Below are positions 54,127 to 64,000 of a stretch of 64,000 nt of DNA, one piece after another. The stretch spans positions 341,000,001 to 341,064,000 of the forward strand of contig OZ024742.1 in assembly GCA_964016885.1 (NCBI GenBank), read 5' to 3'. The first letter of the stretch is position 1, and every line of letters starts with the position of its first letter. The position numbers and the translations under genes were made by a program. The notes below the pieces were generated by a model. That model ran no database searches. It was not told the origin of the DNA and saw only the letters and a program-made list of their open reading frames with translations. Source of the stretch: Eledone cirrhosa (lineage: Eukaryota).

Positions 54127-55902
54127 TTACTGTCGCTTATTTAATAGGATATCCTTAGATTTCATGATTTCAAAAAGTTCCTGGGAACATAATCTACACT
54201 CGTATCTGTTATTTTGATAAGGGGTGGCCCTTTTGAGCACACTCCATGTCAGGTTGTAATCGATATTCTTCTTTCTATAATTATTAATTGTTTCAGCCAA
54301 GGAAGTTGTATTAGCTAATGCGGCATTTTTAAAACTATGTTTGTGGGTATTAAATCTTACTTTAAATTGGTTATACGTAGCTCCTATATATGAACAAGTG
54401 GAGTGCTTAGTGCAAATTTCACATTTATAGACTATGTTATTAATAAGACAATGTCCCTTTAATTGGCAATTTCTTTGTATTCTGCAGTTACAACCACTCG
54501 TGAATATTATATCAGAGGAGTTAGTCAAATTTGGTGTGGAATTTACTCGACTTGTTATAGGTGAAGGAGATGGTGGTTTGTGCGGTTTATTTTAGCATTA
54601 TGGTTGGTTTGATGTGTTGTTGGTATATTTGTGTTTTTTTTACATTTATATGCGTTGTACGCACTTATATTTTGCTGTATATTTTTGGTAGTGGAGTAGG
54701 AAAATTTGACAGTTGATATATTTATAATGTGATGGTATTTATGGTTTGGCGGGAAGCTTTTGTCTAGGATAGTATAAACATTTTTTTAGGGATATTATCT
54801 TTAATTTGTAGATTAAATGAATCATTATACCAAGTAACCCGTCTATTACGGTTTCGATATTGTTTTTTATATTTATACGATGTATCAGGATGTGTACTAA
54901 GAGAGTTACTATTAGTGAATTTATTATATATAGGTTTAGTTAGATTAACTGATTTAGGTGTTTTAGTCTGATTATTAGGAATTTTTTTAGTAATGTTGTT
55001 AACATATATTGGAATATTAGGATGAATGGTTTTTTGAAAGTCATTATATTTTATGTGAGAAGAGGTAGAGAAATTAAGTTTTAGGTTGGTATTTTGGGGT
55101 GTAGTGTGAGTGGCATTTAGGTGTGGGTTTTTCATTTGGTGTTTGTTGGTAATATTGGGTTGTATGTTTGAAGTATTATTGGTGCAAGGTATATAGACTA
55201 ATTTGTTTTTGTGGCCGCTTCTAGCTAAAGCTTCGTTATAAAAGGGCGCGTTTTTATCGAATACATCTTGGTTAGATGGAAGGTTAGAGATTCTGAGTGA
55301 GATATTATATGCTCGGTTTTTAAGGATATATCTAGGGTGATTGTATTGTGAGTGTATGTAATGTAAGTTTTGGTTAGGTTTATGGTAAGGTTGGTAGATA
55401 CCCGTAGATAAGTCTAAAGTTATATCTAGGAAATTGACTATTTTACTGGTGTTTTCAAATGTAATAGTGAGACTTTAATAGTCTTTGAGGAAAGTTCTAA
55501 GTTTTGTATTTTTTCAATTTCTGATAGGCTAAGGTTAGTGGAAAGAAGAAGACAGTCATCGCGATATAAACCACCTTTAAGGTGGGGAAAAGAGGAATTA
55601 ATGTTAAATAGAAGAAAGAGGCCCACAAGATCGTTAATTTGGGCAGATTCACTAGAGCCTATAGTAATGTCGAAGAGATTACTATATGTATTTCTGGTCC
55701 AGTATTCCTTCTGAAATACCAGTAGTGTTTGTCTAGCGTGCGTTATACTATTAATGTCATCCATAGTTAAGTTTGATCTATTTTTGGCAAATATCAAGGC
55801 TTTGTTCGGGAGTATGGGTGATATAGAGGAATAATAAGCATCTATATCAAATTGTAGAAATGAAGCAGATGATTTATTTCTAATATTAGTAAACCTAACC
55901 AA
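54127..55902 (-). pseudogene. PLE RT plus GIY-YIG, frameshifted
   Basis: ORF pieces 55438-55902, 54764-55135 and 54127-54528 (CNC, IVY...YIG, HKHSF, CRLC). Confidence 0.88.
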
Positions 55903-57809
55903 AACTTACATTACATACACTCACAATCCAATCACCCTAGATCTATCCTTAAAAACCTAGCATATAATATCTCACTCAGAATCTCTAACCTTTCATCTAA
56001 CCAGGATGTATTCGATAAAAACGCACCTTTATATAACGAAGCTTTAGCTAGAAGCGGCCACAAAAACAAATTAGTCTATATACCTTGCACCAATAATACT
56101 TCAAACATACAACCCAATATTACCAACAAACACCAAATGAAAAACCCACACCTAAATGCCACTCATACTACACCCCAAAATATCAACCTAAAACTTAATT
56201 TCTCTACCTCTTCTCACATAAAATATAATGACTTTCAAAAAACCATTCATCCTAATATTCCAATATATGTTAACAACATTACTAAAAAAATTCCTAATAA
56301 TCAGACTAGAACACCTAAATCAGTTAATCTAACTAAACCTATATATAATAAATTCACTAATAGTAACTCTCTTAGTAAACATCCTGATACATCGTATAAA
56401 TATAAAAAACAATATCGAAACCGTAATAGACGGGTTACTTGGTATAATGATTCATTTAATCTACAAATTAAAGATAATATCCCTAAAAAAATGTTTATAC
56501 TATCCTAGACAAAAGCTTCCCGCCAAACCATAAATACCATCACATTATAAATATATCAACAGTCAAATTTTCATACTCCACTACCAAAAATATACAGCAA
56601 AATATAAGTGCGTACAACGCATATAAATGTAAAAATAAACACAAATATACCAACAACACATTAATCCAACCATAATACTAAAATAAACCGCAACAAACCA
56701 CCATCTCCTTCACCTATAACAAGTCGAGTAAATTCCACACCAAATTTGACTAACTCCTCTGATATAATATTCACGAGTGGTTGTAACTGTAGAATCCAAA
56801 GAAATTGCCCATTAAAGGGACATTGTCTTATTAATAACATAGTCTATAAATGTGAAATTTGCACTAAGGACTCAACTTATTCATATATAGGAGCTACGTA
56901 TAACCAATTTAAAGTAAGATTTTATACCCACAAACAGTTTTTAAAATGCCGCATTAGCTAATATAACATCCTTGGCTGAAACAATTAATAATTATAGAAA
57001 GAAAAATATCGATTACAACCTGACATGGAGTGTGCTCAAAAGGGCCACCCCTTATCAAAATAACAGATACGAGTGTAGACTATGCACCCAGGAACTTTTT
57101 GAAATCATGAAATCTAAGAATATCCTATTAAATAAGCGACAGTAATTAATTATATCTTGCAATCATAGAATTAGAAGAACCTTCAAATATTATAAACCTA
57201 ATTAATACACTTATATTTTACATATTATTATAATTAGTTTTTAAATGTAGTTAACCTATAATTAGTACTTTACTACAGAGAACTTCATAATTTTATTTCC
57301 CTCTTACAGCTGTCTTTTCCTAAAATTAATACCTAAAACTATACCTCTAAATTAATTTAATTTCCTGTTATGAATCTAGATTCCTTGTAGTTTATATAAG
57401 ATTGGCATTTCTCACTCTACCCTTATCCCAAAATGTTACACTCCTTTGTTTTTAACAACACTCTTTAATAACATCAAATTCTTATTTATCACATTCATAT
57501 GAATTGATATAAATTTATCCCTATAAGTATACCTATCAATTAATTTAATTTCTTGTTATAGATCTAGATTCCTTGTGGTTTAAATAAGATTGGTATTTCT
57601 CACTAATACCCTTACCCTAAAATTATATCCCCAAAGTATTATTTTCATTCAAAACGTAAGGCTGCACTCCTCTACCCCTAAATACAATTTCTACTACTAC
57701 TATTCTATCAACTTGACCTCTAACTACTTTTCTATTGGTCAATTCAAAACCTGTTCCCAAACTGACCTTTTATATTAAATCTTTGTTGGTTTTTTTCAAT
57801 AAACAAATC

Positions 57810-57945
57810 TCATCATTTCTGAAGACAACATGTATATGTGAAGGTCTGTATATTTCCTCTGATAGTTTGTAATATTTTTACATAGATCTATATGATATAC
57901 ATACCAACAAACATATACATCTTAGAAACGATCGGAAAATGATGA
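57810..57945 (+). ncRNA. Hammerhead, family D, mirror copy (cleavage-site U changed to G)
   Basis: Perfect stem I UCAUCAUUU/AAAUGAUGA, but CGAUCG-GA at the site. Confidence 0.65.
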
Positions 57946-58091
57946 ATTTTTTAATATAAGGAACTTGTTCTTTGTTTTTATTTCATTGTTTTTATTAATT
58001 TATCTTGATTTTCATCGAAAATCTTTTAATGCATCTTCTCTTTTCATGATATTTGGATTACATTGAGTTCTTCATACTTTGGTAGATTTAT

Positions 58092-58200
<109 letters not shown>

Positions 58201-58768
58201 TTAACTAGTTGAATGACGCACGCAGTCGGACGAACCAAGATGTTTCGACAACGGTATGCTCTGTATACTATCCAATATTTTCCAAAACTATTCAATATAT
58301 TCGCCAAAACTTCGGACAGCGTGACCTTCCCCTTCTGAGATAGGTCATGTGATATCACAGGCTGGATTACTACAATGGCGAGAATGCCTCTGTTGTCAGA
58401 CCGAGCTTTAGATATAAAGGAACAAAGCCTGCCGACGAAGGGATCTCCGGTTCCATCGTGCAAGAGCACACATGTATTGGATGGACATTATGCAACTTGT
58501 TATATAACTTTCCGTGGTCCTAGAAACCTATCTGAGGTTTTTTTCAATTATATCGATTTTAATCAATATGAGATAGTCTCAGTATGTTTTCAACTTTTCT
58601 ATATTTATCGTTGTTGTGGTATATTTATGGCCACTACCTTCGGCCGTGTTTCGTCGTGTCACACTTTTTAACTGTTGTGTTTACTCTGGAGGTAAATGAG
58701 TAATTTGTGATTGCCTCAAACCACTTGATTAGAACTTGCTGTATGGCAGCTACATCTTCGATTCATAC

Positions 58769-58799
<31 letters not shown>

Positions 58800-58830
58800 T
58801 TCGTTTCTGAACATGACCCTCCCAAAGTAT

Positions 58831-58899
<69 letters not shown>

Positions 58900-59019
58900 T
58901 ATAGACATAGAATATTCGAAAATATTCTGTATGTTTATAATAAACATTTTGAAGACCTAATCGCTATAGAATAGAATACGTCACGTATTACAATTAGATT
59001 CTCGATAAAAGCAAGGGAA

Positions 59020-59062
59020 GTAATCTACGCGTTTCATTCTCGTAAGAAATCATCAGGACTAC
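59020..59062 (-). ncRNA. Minimal type I hammerhead, family I
   Basis: GUAGUC-CUGAUGA-uUUCU uacg AGAAu-GAAA-CGCG-UA-GAUUAC. Confidence 0.9.
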
Positions 59063-59329
59063 ATATCCAGTGCTTTTATCGAGAATGACACAGCTAGAGA
59101 CTTATAGAATACTTAGCTGTGTACAGGAACTGGTTTGAAAGAGCGGTTGCCGGTCCGGCAGAAATTAGAAATTGGAATAAATGCTCTGAAATAGCGATAT
59201 ATATGTGAATATAGACATAGAATATTCGAAAATATTCTGTATGTTTATAATAAACATTTTGAAGACCTAATCGCTATAGAATAGAATACGTCACGTATTA
59301 CAATTAGATTCTCGATAAAAGCAAGGGAA

Positions 59330-59372
59330 GTAATCTACGCGTTTCATTCTCGTAAGAAATCATCAGGACTAC
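59330..59372 (-). ncRNA. Minimal type I hammerhead, family I
   Basis: Identical to 59020-59062, 310 bp away. Confidence 0.9.
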
Positions 59373-59641
59373 ATATCCAGTGCTTTTATCGAGAATCTAA
59401 TTGTAATACGTGACGTATTCTATTCTATAGCGATTAGGTCTTCAAAATGTTTATTATAAACATACAGAATATTTTCGAATATTCTATGTCTATATTCACA
59501 TATATATCGCTATTTCAGAGCATTTATTCCAATTTCTAATTTCTGCCGGACCGGCAACCGCTCTTTCAAACCAGTTCCTGTACACAGCTAAGTATTCTAT
59601 AAGTCTCTAGCTGTGTCATTCTCGATAAAAGCACTGGATAT

Positions 59642-59684
59642 GTAGTCCTGATGATTTCTTACGAGAATGATACGCGTAGATTAC
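59642..59684 (+). ncRNA. Hammerhead, family I, inverted copy (GAAA changed to GAUA)
   Basis: Same sequence with one core substitution. Confidence 0.75.
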
Positions 59685-59837
59685 TTCCCTTGCTTTTATC
59701 GAGAATCTAATTGTAATACGTGACGTATTCTATTCTATAGCGATTAGGTCTTCAAAATGTTTATTATAAACATACAGAATATTCTCGAATATTCTATGTC
59801 TATATTCACATATATATCGCTATTTCAGAGCATTTAT

Positions 59838-59884
<47 letters not shown>

Positions 59885-61075
59885 TATATATGAGGTATGA
59901 ATCGAAGTTGTAGCTGCGATACAGCAAGTTCTAATCAAGTGCCCCCCCCCCCCCCGGGAGTGGCCCACACAAGAAGAACAATTATCCCAAGGTACTAACC
60001 CTATACGCATGAATGAGTGCCCGCAACCGTGCACTGTGTGTGTATACTTGGATTACGTGAATGTACGCACTCATGTGAACGCAACGAAATACTAATACCC
60101 AGGTTGCATTTGAAAAATGTTCGAGTGTATGCTTAAGAGTATATTTGTATATGCTCTCTTGTATGAGTGCACATGTGTATATAGACATACACGCGCATCC
60201 AGAGATATAAACGTGTGGGTGGGTATATATGTCTGTACTAAGGGATTCGCCTAAGCTCCAAAACCCCCAAGCTATTGCTGTGAAGATATATATCACACTC
60301 TACTTTTGTCTAGTCTAAACAATAACTTTTCCAAACACCCACTTTACTTGTCTTTAAAAATACCCACCTAGTTTTATGTCTGCCTTATACTTGGATTTGG
60401 GGGCCTCTGTTGTATATATATGTGCACTTGTGCGTACATATATATATATACACACCTGTATGGATTTGTGTGTGTAGATGTGTGTGTGTGTCTGAGGGGC
60501 TAGGTGTGAGTGTATGTACAAGTCAACCAACATAAGTCTTTTTATTTCTAAAATTTCTAAACTTTCTAAGTATTTGAATCTAACCATAATTTTCAGTATT
60601 ACCACCCCACATTAATTCCTCAATTTGTATGTGTGGATGTGTGTGTGTGTGTCTGTTGGGGTGGGTGTGAGTGAATGTCCAAGTCAACCAACATAAGTCT
60701 TTTTATATGTAAATTTTCTAGTATTCTACTCTAACCATAATTTTCAGTAGTACCACTCCACATAAATTCATCAATTTAAGAATGACCTGTAGTATCGAAT
60801 TTCATACTATAAACCTCAATTGAATATATATCTGACCAGGAATGCTTTTGTGAAAATCAGTCATATGGAACTATTGTCATCTTGCCTGGCGGTTTGAACT
60901 TTACAACACCACCTGCCTCTTTGAGGTCAAATACCAACTCTACTAGCATCTACAAACTGACCAATGAGAATTAAGACTATTCCTGCTGACAACATTAAAT
61001 TATTCCTAACATGTCCCAAGGCTCTGATACCATCAACACCATAAATACAGAGCTGTCATATCTAAGAACTGACTA

Positions 61076-61131
61076 ACTGCCTGATGAGGTCATAGCCATT
61101 CAATGGCTATCATCGAAATATATATAGCAGT
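61076..61131 (+). ncRNA. Type I hammerhead, family J
   Basis: ACUGC-CUGAUGA-G...AUAGCCAU uca AUGGCUAU...C-GAAA-UAUAUA-UA-GCAGU, followed by AATAAA. Confidence 0.88.
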
Positions 61132-61187
61132 AAATAAAGGATTATGAGTTCATGCAATTGACTTATGTTTCGTCACTATATATATAT

Positions 61188-61306
61188 ATATAATAGAAAA
61201 AAAACGAGGAAGTTTTATTTACATATGAAAAATATTTATTGCGTATCGATACGTAATAAATAATTTTCATATGTAAACGAAACTTCCTCGTTTTTTTCTA
61301 TTATAT
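61188..61306. repeat. Palindrome of about 118 bp
   Basis: TAATAGAAAAAAAACGAGGAAGTTT...CGTATCGATACG...AAACTTCCTCGTTTTTTTCTATTA. Confidence 0.85.
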
Positions 61307-61387
61307 ACACTCTGCCTGTGCATAGAGTGCTTGATTTGGTACCAACACCAGTATTTCACCGTACTACCTACACTATATATATATATA

Positions 61388-61646
61388 CGAGGGCTGGCTG
61401 AAAGGTTCATAGGCTGCCCAACATACTCTCATAAAATGTGACCAAATGAGATTTATTTTTCAATATAGCTTCCCTTGCGGTCCATACACCCCTTCCGTCG
61501 TTTTTGCAGCGTTTGTATACCATTGGTGAAGAAGCTTTCATCCTGTTGGTCAAAAACGTCATCAACAAAGACATGACGATGCAAGATTTCACAGCTCTAG
61601 CATCACTCCTTTATAATCAGTCTCTGAAATGTTCAGCCTACCCTCG
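61388..61646 (-). mobile_element. Internally deleted mariner element
   Basis: TA|CGAGGG.TGGCTGAA...TTCAGCCTACCCTCG|TA; minus GIQTLQKRRKGCMDRKGSYIEK* resembles the mariner transposase C-terminus. Confidence 0.8.
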
Positions 61647-62700
61647 TATACGCTATATATTGCAGTGTCGTTGCAGTAGTGTGAAGACTTCTCTAGAATG
61701 TGTTTCCCTTCTTGAAACGAAATCGATATTTTAATGAGAAATAGAGTGATAAGTTTGCAGTAACAGTAAAGGTAAATATTTTATAGTATTTAATCACCTT
61801 ATTTTATATTCTGAGATTTCACATTCCAAGTTTGATCTCTTGATGATCGATAAAATACACATAAATAATTGAAAGACGTAAAACAATCAACTATACACTC
61901 ACCTCCAGAAAGTTGAAACTTGTTTTGTGTCAAAAAGAAACAATAATTTAATAGAAAATGAGATGACCTATTGAAGTGGGGCGAAATAGTAGGTGCGCTA
62001 GAATATTAGAAAAAATACCTGGTGATATTTATTCTGGCTCATTGTTATCATAATGAAAAAGATCTATTCATTTATTCAACACTAAATCTTCATCAACAAT
62101 AAGTGCCTTTCTTGCAATTGTGTTATATATATATTTATATTATTCTGAAGAAAAAACCTTACAGCATTTATTTTAGCAAATATTCTAGTGGGAATTTAAC
62201 CCTTTTAATACTAAACCGCATCAAGTTCTTCCTGGTTCTACAAAACAAAGCTTTTAAAGTGTTTATATTTATGTAAAAACTTCCTATCATAATTTTATGC
62301 AAGAAATTGTTTTGCTCCAAACATCAATTTAATATTATATTACTAAATCCGTTCAAATTCTAGATTATTCTAAAGATTAAGTGTAAATCGTATACATAAC
62401 TTGACTTATGTGGGTGATATATCTGTGATCATTGGGATAAAAGAAAACATAAACTATTCGTTTATTCAACAACAATAAAACTCATTACAGTTCGTGTGCT
62501 TTATAAATGTTAATTTGAAGAGATAAAGCATTTCATGTGTTTATGTATATAGGAATATATAATATACATAAGAGGTCTTCTGTAAGTGGCAATTAGATAA
62601 ATGCGTTACGCACTTTCAACAGATTTTTCAGCTACTAATGAAGTGCCTATAACTAATCATATGTGGATACTTATACAAATATTTCTGTTAATATATAGTC

Positions 62701-62767
<67 letters not shown>

Positions 62768-62935
62768 ATGTATATATGTAACTATGTATGTATGTATATA
62801 TATGTCTGTGTGTACATATATACATACATACTTACATATATCAATTATTCATACATAAGTATATTGATGAGCCAGTAAGGTCGGTGAAACTTTGAACATA
62901 ACAGTCACTATTGATAAAATATTGTATATATATAT

Positions 62936-63034
62936 AGGGTGTCCCAAAAAAATCTATACACACATCAACAGCATTCTAATAAATATTGCCTGTACAGGTA
63001 ATCATTGTAGGTATATATTTTGGGGGACACCCTG
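62936..63034. mobile_element. Tc1/mariner-type MITE of about 100 bp
   Basis: AGGGTGTCCCAAAAA...TTTGGGGGACACCCTG flanked by TA. Confidence 0.7.
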
Positions 63035-63097
63035 TATATATATGTGTGTGTGGTGTGTATGTGTGTATGTGTCAGGGGGAGATAGAGAGAGGGGGAG

Positions 63098-63176
<79 letters not shown>

Positions 63177-63590
63177 AAGAACGGCAGTTAGACAGAGACA
63201 GTAACGAAATAGAACGAGAGAGAAAGAAAGGGAGAGAGTGAGAGAGAATGAGAGAGAGATAGAGAGAGAGAGAGAGAAGGAAAGGCAGTTAGACAGAGAC
63301 AATAACGAAATAGAACGAGAGAGAGAGTGAGAGATAGAAAGAGAGAGAGAGAGTAAGAGAGAAAGAGAGTAAGAGAGAGTGAGATAAAAAGATAAAGAGA
63401 CAGAGAGAGAGGGAGAGTGAGTGAGAGAGAGAGAGCAAGAGAGAAGGGGAGAGGAGAGAGAGATGTTGTAGCGATTTAATTAGAGAAAAGACGATGACAA
63501 TTTTTTGAAGCTGCTTGTTTCAAATGGAATACATCTCAATTGCACATTTTAAGGACCGAAAATAAATTTACTCCTTGAATACACACACAT

Positions 63591-63643
<53 letters not shown>

Positions 63644-63649
63644 CATACA

Positions 63650-63729
<80 letters not shown>

Positions 63730-63732
<3 letters not shown>

Positions 63733-63802
63733 AAGTATAGAATTTTATTATAATAAAACAAAATTGCAAACTTGAAAAAGATGGAAAATAGGGAATAATA
63801 AT

Positions 63803-63885
<83 letters not shown>

Positions 63886-63951
63886 ATATAATTTTATTAT
63901 AATAAAACAAAATTGCAAACTTGAAAAAGATGGAAAATAGGGAATAATAAT

Positions 63952-63960
<9 letters not shown>
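63730..63960. repeat. Segment of about 78 bp duplicated around a (TA)n tract
   Basis: TTTTATTATAATAAAACAAAATTGCAAACTTGAAAAAGATGGAAAATAGGGAATAATAATT occurs twice. Confidence 0.85.

Positions 63961-64000
<40 letters not shown>

Larger units (their letters stand above)
53141..58045. mobile_element. Penelope-like element D: divergent inverted pair with arms of about 2.2 kb
   Basis: 53141-55381 mirrors 55891-58002; minus RT 55438-55902 (FLQFDIDAYY, QINDLVG, LYRDD); GIY-YIG at 54127-54528 and 56746-57140. Confidence 0.92.
58897..59843. mobile_element. Retrozyme-like array: ORF-less 310-bp monomer, about 3 copies in tandem and inverted arrangement, one HHR per monomer
   Basis: GAATATAGACATAG at 58897 and 59207; inverted copies end near 59498 and 59808; HHRs at 59020, 59330 and 59642. 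Confidence 0.88.
58722..59941. repeat. Inverted repeats of about 52 bp enclosing the retrozyme-like array
   Basis: CACTTGATTAGAACTTGCTGTAT...TTCGATTCATACCTCAT (58722-58773) versus its reverse complement (59890-59941). Confidence 0.8.

Noticed and set aside
61895-62005. Minus-strand splice donor (GAG|GTGAGT), and promoter-like motifs here and at 31575-31605
   Set aside because: Short motifs expected by chance; no supporting exon or ORF
62866-62912. Possible hammerhead UUGAUGA-GCC...GGU-GAAA-CU...AG-UC
   Set aside because: C3 is altered, stem III is mismatched and there is no stem I partner; at best a relic
63730-63960. Duplication around a (TA)n tract as a biological element
   Set aside because: Could equally be slippage or an assembly artefact at a long TA run

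Overview
Eukaryotic, AT-rich, extremely microsatellite-rich DNA with no recognisable host gene. The SINE family and repeat landscape suggest an octopod cephalopod, but that is inference. The window is almost entirely mobile DNA: a near full-length Tx1/L1-clade LINE, several Penelope-like elements (PLEs; RT plus C-terminal GIY-YIG) in their typical inverted arrangements, RTE, R4/Dong-like and CRE-like LINE fragments, two Tc1 elements and mariner/Tc1 MITEs, several non-autonomous Helitrons, about 11 copies of one tRNA-derived SINE, and foldback elements. The most striking feature, found by reading the sequence by eye, is about 20 type I hammerhead ribozyme (HHR) motifs in about 10 different sequence families. 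Some lie in PLE pseudo-LTRs. Others lie in ORF-less tandem or inverted monomers of 310, about 432 and 501 bp that resemble retrozymes (circular-RNA retroelements). A further ORF-less family of about 600 bp is tandem, circularly permuted and shows covarying RNA stems but has no canonical ribozyme. Most long ORFs in the supplied track are microsatellite artefacts. Coordinates and pairings were read manually and may be off by a few bases.
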